A stretch of 64,000 bases of DNA from an uncultured Gammaproteobacteria bacterium (GCA_964538765.1 CAZIHS010000001.1:19966-83965); one strand, 5' to 3'. Counted from the first letter of the stretch, positions 18,610 to 28,388 are shown. Notes: a model not told the origin generated them from the sequence alone. Numbers and translations are program-made.

Positions 18610-19518
18610 GTGGTTTGGTTCTTTCTATTTTTTGTTTTTTGGCATGGTCATGCCATGGCTCAAAGTTCAGTGGCAACTCCATCGGCGGCAACAACAGAAA
18701 CACCCGTTCCGACAACAATACTTCTTAATCCCGCTACTGGAATATATATAAACGAATTTTCTCCGTATGGACTACCCGAATGGGTGGAAATATTTAACAA
18801 TAATGACGTTGCGGCAAAGTTGGAAAACTGGAAAATTAGTGAGGAAGACAATTCAGTCAAAAGTTTTACTGCCGAAATTAACCCCAAGTCATATTATTCG
18901 ATAGATTATTCCGGGTATAAGTTGAACAACGACGGCGATACAGTCAAGGTTATTAACAACCAGGACGCTGTGGTTGACTCACACAGTTTTGGCACATCGA
19001 TCTCAGTTTTACCCTGGTCGAAACAGTTGGGTGGAGAATGGTGCCAAACAGAAGCCAGCCAAAATGCCGCCAACAACACCTGCCCCACTCCACCCCCAAC
19101 ACAGACGCCAACCCTGCCACCAACTCCAACTCTCTCCCCAACTCCAACAACACCCAACTCCCCTACCCCAACCAAAACACCAACCCCCACCCATTCGCCA
19201 ACCCCAACTCATTCGCCGTCCCCAACCAATTCACCAACAGCCAGCAAAACCCCCACTCCCACCAACTCCCAAACACCAACCAAAACACCAACATTAGATC
19301 CAAGTCCAACAATAGATCCTTCTCCCACAATAACAGAAGAGGAAATAGTTGAGACTGATGACAATAAGGTTGGCGAGGTTGCCGGAATCAGCGAGGTATT
19401 GCGGCCAAGCCCAACCGTGGCCGCCAGCAATAAAAACGGTTTTAATTATATACCAGTGGTTTTCATTGCTTTTGGTGGTTTGTTATTATTAATTCCGGTA
19501 ATAACTCAAAAATTATGA
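18610..19518 (+). CDS. Secreted lamin-tail-domain (LTD) protein with Pro/Thr-rich linker and C-terminal TM anchor
   Basis: GTG start. Signal peptide ...HAMA/QS, LTD-like YINEFSPYG...WVEIFN...NDGDTVKV, a (S/T)PTPT repeat tract, and C-terminal [22 protein letters not shown]. Confidence 0.6.
   Translation: MVWFFLFFVFWHGHAMAQSSVATPSAATTETPVPTTILLNPATGIYINEFSPYGLPEWVEIFNNNDVAAKLENWKISEEDNSVKSFTAEINPKSYYSIDYSGYKLNNDGDTVKVINNQDAVVDSHSFGTSISVLPWSKQLGGEWCQTEASQNAANNTCPTPPPTQTPTLPPTPTLSPTPTTPNSPTPTKTPTPTHSPTPTHSPSPTNSPTASKTPTPTNSQTPTKTPTLDPSPTIDPSPTITEEEIVETDDNKVGEVAGISEVLRPSPTVAASNKNGFNYIPVVFIAFGGLLLLIPVITQKL
19080..19320 (+). repeat. Degenerate tandem CCAAC(T/C)CC(A/C)AC-type repeats encoding a PTPT/SPTPT linker
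   Basis: Direct repeats are visible in the sequence. They produce spurious ORFs in the other frames of both strands. Confidence 0.6.
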
Positions 19519-19889
19519 CGAAAAAATATATCCGTTTTTTACCAGCGGTTATTTGGATGGGAGTAATATATTATTTTTCTGCCAGCACAACCACAGGAGT
19601 GCCACTGACAGGCTGGTGGCGTTTTTTGGTTTTCAAGTCATTTCACCTGATCGAGTATGCAATCCTGGCAGTGCTATTATGGTGGCCACTTGGAAAAACA
19701 ACTCCAACCCTGATGATTTCATATCTATACGCTGTTTTTGATGAAATACACCAAAGGTTTACGGTTGGCCGGGGCAGTAAATTCAGTGATACCATTATCG
19801 ATTTGACAGGAATAGTGGCCGGACTTCTTCTAATAAAATTGGCAAGCGCCATATACCGAAAAATATTTTATAAGGAAAATTACTTTTGA
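19515..19889 (+). CDS. VanZ-like family membrane protein
   Basis: [11 protein letters not shown] ... DEIHQRF...[12 protein letters not shown], matching the conserved VanZ pattern. Confidence 0.6.
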   Translation: MTKKYIRFLPAVIWMGVIYYFSASTTTGVPLTGWWRFLVFKSFHLIEYAILAVLLWWPLGKTTPTLMISYLYAVFDEIHQRFTVGRGSKFSDTIIDLTGIVAGLLLIKLASAIYRKIFYKENYF

Positions 19890-20956
19890 AAAGGTTCCAA
19901 ACCGCTATTTTAATAATGAGGCTGTTGACAAAGATAGCCAGGACGTTAATTTTGGTGGCGGCTGGAATTGTGGTGTTGTTTGGCCCACGGAGCGCCAGGG
20001 CCGAGGATGTTTTGGAAAACAGGGCTATTATCTGCAAAAAAAACGAAAAAGGCTGCCGCAAAAACTTTTCTAAACCATTCTGGGTTATAGATAACCTTTA
20101 TCCTGGTTTTATCAGTTATCCGCCAACCACCTTGACAATATCCAACAAGAGAGATGAGAATTGCCGGCTTTACTTTGAGAGCAGAAATATAAAAGGGTCA
20201 GAGGTTTTAGCCAGAAAAATTAACATCAGTGTTACCGGAAATAACCAAATTAAATATGGAGGAAGTTTAGAGGCAGTTAATTTAAAGCCTCATTTTTTGA
20301 CTGATTTACCATCAAGATCAAGGCAGGATCTTTTGTGGACAGTATCGTTAGGACAGGAAGTTGGAAACGAGCTGCAAGGTCAATCTAACGTTTTTGATCT
20401 GGACTTTGATTTTAGCTGTGAGAAAGAAAGTGACGGGCAGGAAGATAAACTTTTAAATACCCAGATTTTGGGGGAAACCAGTGAATCCGGATGCAAGGAC
20501 CTGGCACCGGGGCCACCAACCAAACTCGAGGCTTTTGAAGAGGTAAACCAAATCAGATTGAAATGGCAACCGCCAAAGGATGAGGTGAGTTATTATTTTG
20601 TAAGCTACGGCCTGAAACCCGGAGTAGAAGAGGCCACCAACCCAAACATCGGCAAACAAGCCAATGAGGTGGTGATTGGAAATTTATCAGCAGGAGTTAA
20701 ATATTATTTTAAAGTAGGGGCCGGTAATGGTTGCGCCACGGGCCAAATAAGCTCGGAAATTTTTGCGATTCCAAAGGGTAAGCGGTTACCAAATTCAAAA
20801 CCACCGGGATTTCAGGGGGAAATTCTTGGTAAATCTTTCGCCGGTTTAGATTACGCTGATAACAGACAAGTCGCCAGTAAAAACCGACTGGGATTTATCT
20901 TTTTAACTTTATGGGTTTGCTTTTTTATTTATTGGCGCTTTATACTGAAAAAGTGA
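19886..20956 (+). CDS. Secreted protein with fibronectin type III-like domain and C-terminal TM anchor
   Basis: Signal peptide (ARA/ED), Cys-containing N-domain, FN3-like PGPPTKLEAFEEVNQIRLKWQPP...YYFKVGAGN, C-terminal hydrophobic helix plus RFILKK. Confidence 0.5.
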   Translation: MKRFQTAILIMRLLTKIARTLILVAAGIVVLFGPRSARAEDVLENRAIICKKNEKGCRKNFSKPFWVIDNLYPGFISYPPTTLTISNKRDENCRLYFESRNIKGSEVLARKINISVTGNNQIKYGGSLEAVNLKPHFLTDLPSRSRQDLLWTVSLGQEVGNELQGQSNVFDLDFDFSCEKESDGQEDKLLNTQILGETSESGCKDLAPGPPTKLEAFEEVNQIRLKWQPPKDEVSYYFVSYGLKPGVEEATNPNIGKQANEVVIGNLSAGVKYYFKVGAGNGCATGQISSEIFAIPKGKRLPNSKPPGFQGEILGKSFAGLDYADNRQVASKNRLGFIFLTLWVCFFIYWRFILKK

Positions 20957-21783
20957 ATAGACTGTTTTTATATTTTTTCCCTCATGAAAAGAATAACCAC
21001 CGGGCGGTGGTGATTCAACCCGGTCTTATATTACTTCTAATTTGTCTTCACCTTTTTAGCCAATCTCTTGTAAAGACTATCGGCCTGGCGAGGCCTGGAG
21101 TGTTGGGTTATTCTTCAGAAATTACGGCCGATAAGGTGGTGACCTTAACAAATACGGAACGACAGAAGCTGGGTTTGCCACCACTGATAGCAAATCCCGT
21201 TTTGGCCCAGTCCGCCACTTTAAAGGCCGGTAATATGTTTTCAGACAATTACTGGGCCCATACTTCACCATCCGGAACATCGCCGTGGGAGTTTTTCCGC
21301 CAGGCCGGTTACCAGTATTCAATTGCGGGAGAAAATTTGGCCAAGGATTTTTACGATACCGAATCGATGATGAAGGCCTGGATGAACTCTAAAACCCACC
21401 GCGACAACATAGTTAATCCAAAATACAAAGAGATAGGAATCGGAGTGATGAACGGGACCTTGAACGGGATTAAAACTACCCTGGTAGTGTCACATTTCGG
21501 AACTCCAATTACATCGGTAGTGGAAGAAAAATACAACAATTTAGAGGTGGCCGGGGCCAAAAATGCTGCCGGGGTGGCCGCACCGATGATTAGCCCCCTT
21601 ATGATTACCAAAGCCTTTAGCTTAATGACCTTTTCCCTGGTAATCGGAGTGTTGTTGATAGACTTAGTAGTGACATTTAAACAACCCCAGCACCGGCTTA
21701 AAGGATCGTCGCTGGGTCATGCTTCATTTTTGATTGTAATTTTGCTTTTAGTTTTATATACCAAACAGGGGGCAATTTTTTAA
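20911..21783 (+). CDS. CAP/SCP (YkwD-like) domain protein, membrane-anchored
   Basis: CAP motifs in TNTERQKLGLPPL ... SDNYWAHTSPSG ... GENLAK ... WMNSKTHRDNI. Hydrophobic segments at both ends. Confidence 0.6.
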   Translation: MGLLFYLLALYTEKVNRLFLYFFPHEKNNHRAVVIQPGLILLLICLHLFSQSLVKTIGLARPGVLGYSSEITADKVVTLTNTERQKLGLPPLIANPVLAQSATLKAGNMFSDNYWAHTSPSGTSPWEFFRQAGYQYSIAGENLAKDFYDTESMMKAWMNSKTHRDNIVNPKYKEIGIGVMNGTLNGIKTTLVVSHFGTPITSVVEEKYNNLEVAGAKNAAGVAAPMISPLMITKAFSLMTFSLVIGVLLIDLVVTFKQPQHRLKGSSLGHASFLIVILLLVLYTKQGAIF

Positions 21784-22044
21784 ATGACGTTGCGGGAGTT
21801 TAAACAGCACAAAGGTGAATATTATGTTTTGTTTCTGGTTCTATTGGTTGAGCTGGTGGCAATTTTGGGATTTTCTTACAATATTCAGACTCAAAAATGG
21901 GTGGTTTATTTGATGGGAGTGACTTATTTTGTCTGGAGCATAATTTATCATTACCGGCGCAGAAATCTTCAGGTGTCGATTGTGGTTGAATACTTGGTGT
22001 TTATCCTATTTGGAATCCTTTTGCTTTCTTTTGGTTTGGTTTAA
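21784..22044 (+). CDS. Small hypothetical membrane protein (about 3 TM)
   Basis: Hydrophobic 86-aa ORF placed immediately after the CAP gene stop. Confidence 0.3.
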   Translation: MTLREFKQHKGEYYVLFLVLLVELVAILGFSYNIQTQKWVVYLMGVTYFVWSIIYHYRRRNLQVSIVVEYLVFILFGILLLSFGLV

Positions 22045-22698
22045 CCGCCAATCTGCTATCGATTTTGGGTTTCCCGAGAGAAGTTCCTGGGGAACAGGGT
22101 GGCCCTGATAATCGGCCGGGCGGGTGTATTGGGGATATTCGGGAAGCCGAACTTTTTTTGAGCCGATTTGTTGAAGCGAATAACTTTCGTCTTTTGAAGA
22201 CTGGTCTTTTCCTAAAACACCTGGAATAAGACGAACCGTGGCGTCTATCATAGCCATAGCAGCAAGTTCGCCGCCAGAGAGAACAAAGTCGCCAAGGGAA
22301 ACTTCGTCGTCAACAAGATGGTCGGCTACCCGCTGATCAACACCTTCATACCGGCCGCAAATAAAAAGCAGGGATGGTTTTTTGGCCCATTTTTCTGCAA
22401 GTGATTGGGTGAAGCGTTTTCCTTTTGCTGAAGTTAGGATAATGTGAGGAGAAGGAAGATTGGAACTGAGGCTGGAAATTTGATTGATAGCCCTGTCGAT
22501 AACATCGACACGAATCAACATCCCAACCCCACCTCCAAAGGGACGGTCGTCTACGGCTCCATAGCGGTTCCAGGCCCATTGGCGAAGGTTGTGGAGGTTT
22601 AGGGTGAGAATTTGATTTTTTATGGCCCGGCCGATGACGGACTGACCAAAAGGCGAGGTAAACATTTCCGGAAAAAGAGTGAGAACGTTAATTATCAT
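22006..22698 (-). CDS. trmD: tRNA (guanine37-N1)-methyltransferase
   Basis: MIINVLTLFPEMF N-terminus and a SPOUT knot region (GGYGAVDDRPFGGG-like: YGAVDDRPFGGGVGM). Confidence 0.9.
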   Translation of the reverse strand: MIINVLTLFPEMFTSPFGQSVIGRAIKNQILTLNLHNLRQWAWNRYGAVDDRPFGGGVGMLIRVDVIDRAINQISSLSSNLPSPHIILTSAKGKRFTQSLAEKWAKKPSLLFICGRYEGVDQRVADHLVDDEVSLGDFVLSGGELAAMAMIDATVRLIPGVLGKDQSSKDESYSLQQIGSKKVRLPEYPQYTRPADYQGHPVPQELLSGNPKSIADWRLNQTKRKQKDSK

Positions 22699-22773
22699 CT
22701 GTTTTAGAAAAGATTACGCTTGACCATCTTTGGCTATAATATATCGAATTAAAGTAGTTGTATACTAGACGAT

Positions 22774-23985
22774 ATGGATCAACAAACAAGGACGGCCGTG
22801 ATAGTAATTCCAACCTATAATGAAGCCGACAATATCGGCAAAATGATTGATTATTTGTGCACTAAAACCTTCGCCGACATTAAAAACAAAAAGGCTGTCG
22901 GCTGGAATTGGGAAATGAAAATTCTGATTGTTGATGACAGCTCGCCCGATGGTACGGGGAATGTGGTAAAGGAAAAAATGAGAATTTATCCAAACGAGGT
23001 GTTCTTATTGTCCAGATCTGCCAAAACCGGACTGGGAAGCGCCTATCTTGATGGCTTTAGATATGCCATTGACCGGCTGAATGCCGATTATATTTTTGAA
23101 TTTGACGGTGATTTTCAACACCCACCCGAAACTATTCCTTTAATGCTTGATAGAGCCGAAAAGGGTGACAATTTTGTTATGGGTAGTAGAAAGATAGCCG
23201 GCGGGTCAAATCCTCAAGGCTGGGGGCTGTGGCGGTGGTTGTTAAGCGAGATTGGCGGCGGACTGGCGGCAAGAATTATACTGTTTTTTCCTTTTGGCAA
23301 CTATTGGAAGGTAACTGATCCGACATCAGGACTTAGACTAACCCAGGTAAAAGGCTATATGGACAACCTTGATCTTGACTACACCCACTTAATCAACAGA
23401 AGTTTCGGGTACAAAATTGAAACGCTTTATAAGACATTGGCGCTGAAACCAAAATACAGCGAAATTCCGCTAAAATTTGGTTTGAGAACTGCCGGTATTT
23501 CAAAAATTGAGGCCAAGACCGCAATTGATATTTTGAAAGTGGCGATGCTTCTCAGGGTTAGAGATGAGACGACATTAAAGTTTATTAAGTTTGGTTTGGT
23601 TGGAGGTTTTGGGTTTTTAATAAATCTTTTTGGATTACGTTTTTTGTCAAAGCTAATGGCCGGACTACCGCTTGAAGTTGGGGTGAGAAATTTTGCAGCT
23701 AACGCTTCGGCGGCAGAGGTGTCGATAATCAGCAACTTTATTTTTAATAACAAATGGACCTTTGCGGCAGATAAAATTACCGAGAAAAAACGGTTGGCTC
23801 AAAAATTTACCACTTTTAACTTGTCTTCTATCTTAGGAGGAATTTTAATACCGTCTTTTATTATTGGGTTGGGAACACAAATATGGGGCGATCAAACTAA
23901 AACCCTGTTCTTATTTCTGGCCGTATTTGGCTTTACAATCCCATTCAACTGGTTTGTATACAATAAGTTTATTTGGAAAAAGTAA
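22774..23985 (+). CDS. Family 2 glycosyltransferase (polyprenyl-phosphate sugar transferase-like) fused to a GtrA-like membrane domain
   Basis: GT2 motifs VIVIPTYNE and IVDDSSPDGT, then a C-terminal four-helix GtrA-type region (KFIKFGLVGGFGFLINL ... FNNKWTF). Confidence 0.75.
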   Translation: MDQQTRTAVIVIPTYNEADNIGKMIDYLCTKTFADIKNKKAVGWNWEMKILIVDDSSPDGTGNVVKEKMRIYPNEVFLLSRSAKTGLGSAYLDGFRYAIDRLNADYIFEFDGDFQHPPETIPLMLDRAEKGDNFVMGSRKIAGGSNPQGWGLWRWLLSEIGGGLAARIILFFPFGNYWKVTDPTSGLRLTQVKGYMDNLDLDYTHLINRSFGYKIETLYKTLALKPKYSEIPLKFGLRTAGISKIEAKTAIDILKVAMLLRVRDETTLKFIKFGLVGGFGFLINLFGLRFLSKLMAGLPLEVGVRNFAANASAAEVSIISNFIFNNKWTFAADKITEKKRLAQKFTTFNLSSILGGILIPSFIIGLGTQIWGDQTKTLFLFLAVFGFTIPFNWFVYNKFIWKK

Positions 23986-24083
23986 AAGTATCTGGTAAAT
24001 TACTGCCCGTATTTATTATCGACAAACAAATAGGCCGGCCGACCATCGTTGAAAGTAAGTTTTTTAACAATTGATTTTTTTTG

Positions 24084-24827
24084 CTAGCCGCTTAGAACCC
24101 GGTCGATAATGGCTTTGGCCTGTTCATAGGGCAAAGCTCCCGGTATTAACTCTTTTTTGCCATTTTTGCCAACTACAATTGTACCTGGGGTACCATTTAT
24201 TCCGGCGGAACTGCCGCCGCTCATCTGCTCGGTGACCTTTTTGGTAAACTTGCCGGAAGCGAGGCACTGATTAAACTTGTCTTTGTTGACGCCGATATCG
24301 GCGGCAATGGTGGCGATTTGTTCTTTAGTAAAACTGGTACCTGTGCTTTGCGTTTTTTCGTAGACGGTGTCGGCATATTGCCAAAATTTATCTTTACCAC
24401 CTATGTCGGCAACACATTCTGAGGCTTCAGCTTCCATTTGGGCATTTGCATGAAAGGGTAACGGATAGTGCCGGTATACCCAAGCCACCTTGTTACCATA
24501 CTCTTTGGTTAACCGTTGAATGGTGGGGTGAAAACTTTTGCAAAAGGGACATTCAAAGTCGGAATACTCGACCAAAAGAACGTCGGCGTTTTTGTTGCCG
24601 CGGATGTGATCATCTGAAGTTACCGGCGGGAGAGCATCAAGGTTGGGGGTTGGTTCGGCCGGCTGGGGATTGTTCTGGTTGGGGTTGGCGTCAACATTGT
24701 TGGCACCATTGGTTTTATTTTGAGCTTTAAGATTGTTAATGTTGACAAAGGTGTATGCAGAAAATAGCGAAACAAAGAGAGACAAAACTAAAAACGGGGT
24801 TACCCAAGATCGATCGGTTTGGTTCAT
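24084..24827 (-). CDS. DsbA-like thiol:disulfide oxidoreductase, membrane-anchored
   Basis: N-terminal TM helix, low-complexity N/P/Q linker, thioredoxin fold with CPFC active site. Confidence 0.75.
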   Translation of the reverse strand: MNQTDRSWVTPFLVLSLFVSLFSAYTFVNINNLKAQNKTNGANNVDANPNQNNPQPAEPTPNLDALPPVTSDDHIRGNKNADVLLVEYSDFECPFCKSFHPTIQRLTKEYGNKVAWVYRHYPLPFHANAQMEAEASECVADIGGKDKFWQYADTVYEKTQSTGTSFTKEQIATIAADIGVNKDKFNQCLASGKFTKKVTEQMSGGSSAGINGTPGTIVVGKNGKKELIPGALPYEQAKAIIDRVLSG

Positions 24828-24904
24828 GTGATTTATATAAAATTAACTGTGTTGTTATTTAACCTTATGCCAATAAGAGTGTCAATCGGCAAAATAGGCG
24901 GCGT

Positions 24905-26296
24905 TTAAATTTCAACCAAGCTTAGGGAACAGTTTGAGCCTTCGATTAGCCAGTTGCGTCCGTGCATAATGGCGATTAACTCCCCTTTTTGAACCAGTTT
25001 GTTCTTTTTTAGCCGGGAGATTAATTTTGATTGCCAGTTTTTACCCGGGTCATTTTCAAAAAGAAGCGTTTCGATTCCATAGGAAATCGAGAGATTTCTG
25101 GCGACTTTTTGACTGTCGGTGACCGCAATAGTGGGTGTTCTCAACCTCTTGGCAGAAACAAGTTTGGCACTGGTACCCGACTTGGTCATTATTACCACCC
25201 GGCTAATTTCGGGTTGAGAATTAAGCACCATGGTTTCTAAAGAGTTGGCCAGAATGGCACCGGCAGAGAGAACTCCCCCAAACATTATCGGGGAAGCGAT
25301 TTTATCCTGACAATAACGGCCGATTTCAACCAATTGCTCGACGGCCTTTAGCGGATAATCACCAATCGAAGTTTCCTCGGATAACATAAGACAATCGGCG
25401 CCGTCAAAAACAGCATTGGCCACGTCGGTGGCCTCGGCCCTGGTCGGGAAAGGATTTTTAACCATTGAAGACAATATCTGGGTGGCAACAATAACCGGCT
25501 TACCAAAATGGCGACATTTTTTTACGATATCTTTTTGGTGAAGAGCCAGCTCTTTTAACGGAACCTCAACTCCAAGATCGCCGCGGGCAATCATTACCGC
25601 GTCGGCTTCTTCAATGATTTCGTCAAGATTGTTAAGGGCCGACTGGTTTTCAATTTTGGCAATAATGCCACCCTTAAATTTTAAGCTATGCAGTTTTTTC
25701 CTTGTTTGGCGAATATCTTCACCTTTCCTGACAAAAGATATGGCGGCGAAGTCAACGTCGGATTCAAAAACCGGACAAAGTCTATCGATTTCAATTTGGT
25801 CAAAGACAGGCAGGTCGTTGTCTTTCATTGGGAAATTTACAGACTTGTGGTCGGTTAAAAGATAGTTTCGGGTGGCCCTAACTTTAAGGAGATGACTTTG
25901 CTTTTCAACTATTTCAAAGCGTAGATTGCCATTATCGATGTACAGGTCATCGCCGATGTCGATTTTTGGCCAACCCTTTTGAAGATAAAGGTCGTGCGGA
26001 CCAGATTTGGATGCGGCATCAGCGACAATATATTCCCGGCCAAAGATTATGTTTAGCGGTTGATTGGAACTAAGCTTTAAACGCCTCTCGGGACCGGGAA
26101 GGTCAATAATTATGGCAACTTTTCGTCTCTGGCTTTCTGAAATAAGCCTGGTTTTTTTGATTAGATTCTGGTGCCAGTCAAGGGTGTTATGTTTAAGATT
26201 AAAACGAAACGCATTAACACCATATTTGATTAGTTTATCTATTTTATCCTGGCTGGCGGGTCCAACGGTGGCGATCACTTTAATTTTTGGAGTCAC
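24905..26296 (-). CDS. pyk: Pyruvate kinase
   Basis: KIKVIATVGPAS N-terminus, MIARGDLGVE motif and a C-terminal regulatory domain. Confidence 0.9.
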   Translation of the reverse strand: MTPKIKVIATVGPASQDKIDKLIKYGVNAFRFNLKHNTLDWHQNLIKKTRLISESQRRKVAIIIDLPGPERRLKLSSNQPLNIIFGREYIVADAASKSGPHDLYLQKGWPKIDIGDDLYIDNGNLRFEIVEKQSHLLKVRATRNYLLTDHKSVNFPMKDNDLPVFDQIEIDRLCPVFESDVDFAAISFVRKGEDIRQTRKKLHSLKFKGGIIAKIENQSALNNLDEIIEEADAVMIARGDLGVEVPLKELALHQKDIVKKCRHFGKPVIVATQILSSMVKNPFPTRAEATDVANAVFDGADCLMLSEETSIGDYPLKAVEQLVEIGRYCQDKIASPIMFGGVLSAGAILANSLETMVLNSQPEISRVVIMTKSGTSAKLVSAKRLRTPTIAVTDSQKVARNLSISYGIETLLFENDPGKNWQSKLISRLKKNKLVQKGELIAIMHGRNWLIEGSNCSLSLVEI

Positions 26297-26622
26297 TACT
26301 AAAGATTAGCATAAGGATGCCGACGGTTTTTGTCTGTGTGTATTTTTTTTGTAGTCTGTTTTCTTTTCTATGATGTATAGTATATTTTTATCTATTTTTC
26401 CTTATTTGTTGTATTATTTATGTTTTTTGTATTGTAATGCATGTGTGTTCTTTTTTGTTTGCTAATTCGCTAATTTGCCTTTTCTTCTATAATATCCTTG
26501 TTTTGCGAATACACTTGACAAGATGTTTGGGTGGTGGTTTAGTTAATCAAATCATTATTATTTTTTTTAAAGTTTTTACTGCCCCTATTTGCAGGTTTTA
26601 CTTTAAAAATAGAATCAAGGAC

Positions 26623-27255
26623 ATGAAGAAAAAGATTTTCATCAGTCTGCTGATAATCACAGCGGTTGGCGGCTTAGGTTTTGCTGCTACCCGAGCCTTC
26701 TTCACCGACAGAGAGACAAGCACCGGAAGTACCTTCACCGTGGGTACGATGGACTTGGCGGTTGGTGATGCTAATGGAAGCAATGTGGATCCCTTTGTAA
26801 TCGAGGGGATTGGCGCTTCCGGCGATATTAGCGGATCAAAAACCTGGACAGTTAGAAACACCGGTTCTTTGCCAGGTCGGGTTTATTTTAAACTCGACAA
26901 CGTTGTAAATTATGACAACGGATGCAATGAACCTGAGGCTTTAGTTGACACCACTTGTGGTACCCCGGGAGCAGGCCAGGGTGAACTTGGAAATGTAATC
27001 ACAGCTAAAGTAGCGTGGGACGGAGTTGAAAAGGTAAATTCGACTTTGGCGACCGCGAATCAAGGCAAAATCGGGACCGACTGGTCGGCCTTGACTCCGA
27101 TTATTCTCCAGGGCGGGGAGTCGAAAACATTAAAAATGGAATGGGCAACAGGCCAGAATGATTATGGCAACGAAATTCAAAGCGACAGCTTGACTTTTGA
27201 CTCCGTATTCGACCTTGAGCAACTGGTGACCCCAAGTGCCGTTCCGACTTTGTAA
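26623..27255 (+). CDS. Secreted TasA/camelysin-like protein with SipW-cognate signal (cargo 1)
   Basis: Start placed at MKKKIF. Signal peptide followed by ATRAFFTDRETSTGSTFTVGTMDLAV (A-x-F-x-D-x-E ... G-T-x-D-L pattern). Confidence 0.55.
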   Translation: MKKKIFISLLIITAVGGLGFAATRAFFTDRETSTGSTFTVGTMDLAVGDANGSNVDPFVIEGIGASGDISGSKTWTVRNTGSLPGRVYFKLDNVVNYDNGCNEPEALVDTTCGTPGAGQGELGNVITAKVAWDGVEKVNSTLATANQGKIGTDWSALTPIILQGGESKTLKMEWATGQNDYGNEIQSDSLTFDSVFDLEQLVTPSAVPTL

Positions 27256-27310
27256 CACTGGTTAATGATTAGAAGATAGGGGGGGGTGGCGACACCCCCT
27301 ATTTTAATAA

Positions 27311-27835
27311 ATGAAAATAGTACAGATAATTGTTGAAACAGTTTCTTGGTCGTTTTTGCTGGTTTTGGGCGGAATGATTGGTTTAACAGCACTTTCCAAT
27401 AGTAATATGACCGGAAGTTACCACTTTTTTCTGGTTCAATCGGGGTCGATGGAGCCCTCGATTATGACCGGGGATATTATTGTCGTTAACCAGCAGAAAC
27501 AGTATAAAAAAAATGAGGCAGTTACTTTCACCGATAATAAAGGCAGGCGGGTGACCCACCGAATAGTTGACATTAAAAACGAAGGAGGGAAAACGATTTT
27601 TTTGACAAAAGGGGACGCCAACCGGACATCGGATAATGACAGCATAACTGCCGATAGAGTGGTTGGGAAGGTGGTGTTGGTTGTGCCAAAGCTTGGCTAT
27701 TTGGTTGCTTTTAGTAAATCTTTTTGGGGGTTAATTGTTTTGGTTTTATTACCTTCAACTTTGATTGTGGTTGACGAAGTAGTTAAGATTGGACGGAACC
27801 GAAAAGTTGCTTCGCAAAATGAAGCCCGTAACTAA
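27311..27835 (+). CDS. sipW: Signal peptidase I, SipW/Sec11 (S26B) type, copy 1
   Basis: N-terminal TM helix and catalytic motifs SGSMEPS (Ser), THRIV (His), GDAN (Asp). Confidence 0.75.
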   Translation: MKIVQIIVETVSWSFLLVLGGMIGLTALSNSNMTGSYHFFLVQSGSMEPSIMTGDIIVVNQQKQYKKNEAVTFTDNKGRRVTHRIVDIKNEGGKTIFLTKGDANRTSDNDSITADRVVGKVVLVVPKLGYLVAFSKSFWGLIVLVLLPSTLIVVDEVVKIGRNRKVASQNEARN

Positions 27836-28388
27836 AATAGTTCTTTTGGTGGTTTTGGTCGTTTCAACCTGTCTTTTGCTGACAGAAGTAACCGACGCTG
27901 ATTTGTTTGATGAAGAGGTGGTGACCGGAAATAAGTTTATGGTAACCACTTTAGATTTTTCAACTAGAGATACGGCTAATTTAACAATAGTGAATTCCCT
28001 GTTTAGAACCATAAATATAGTCAGGGGCGGTTTCGAGGTGAGGGCGGTGAGGCTGAAGAAAGATGGACAACTTGATATCCCCTATCATCTGGCGGCCTCT
28101 ATCATTAGCTCCAGTTCACCTTTATGCAGTGCCTTAAAGTTGAAGATAATAAAACAGAACCAGTTTATATACAACGATAAATTATCGCTTCTTAATTTGG
28201 ATGGAAAGATTGAGGGCGATAGCTACGAAGATTATATCTTTATCCTGTATCTCGACCAGGCCGAAGCAGAAGTGATGAATAAATCCTGTGAATTTAATTT
28301 TTCTTTTGTTTCCAGACTTAACGGTGGAGTGTCCGGATTAAACGACCGGGAAGACGTGCTCAATTATGTTTCTTCAGGTAGCTGGTGA
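27819..28388 (+). CDS. Secreted protein with SipW-cognate-like N-terminus (cargo 2)
   Basis: Start placed at MKPVTK. Hydrophobic signal sequence followed by TEVTDADLFDEEVVTGNKFMVTTLDFS. Overlaps sipW copy 1 by 17 nt. Confidence 0.45.
   Translation: MKPVTKIVLLVVLVVSTCLLLTEVTDADLFDEEVVTGNKFMVTTLDFSTRDTANLTIVNSLFRTINIVRGGFEVRAVRLKKDGQLDIPYHLAASIISSSSPLCSALKLKIIKQNQFIYNDKLSLLNLDGKIEGDSYEDYIFILYLDQAEAEVMNKSCEFNFSFVSRLNGGVSGLNDREDVLNYVSSGSW

Noticed and set aside
19000-19350. Possible CRISPR-like array
   Set aside because: The repeats are short (about 11 bp), degenerate, contiguous without spacers and entirely within a coding sequence. No cas genes are present in the window.
18906-19430. Five overlapping ORFs on both strands rich in G/V or P/Q/H
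   Set aside because: They are frame and strand artefacts of the CCAAC tandem repeat tract inside the LTD protein gene, with low-complexity translations.
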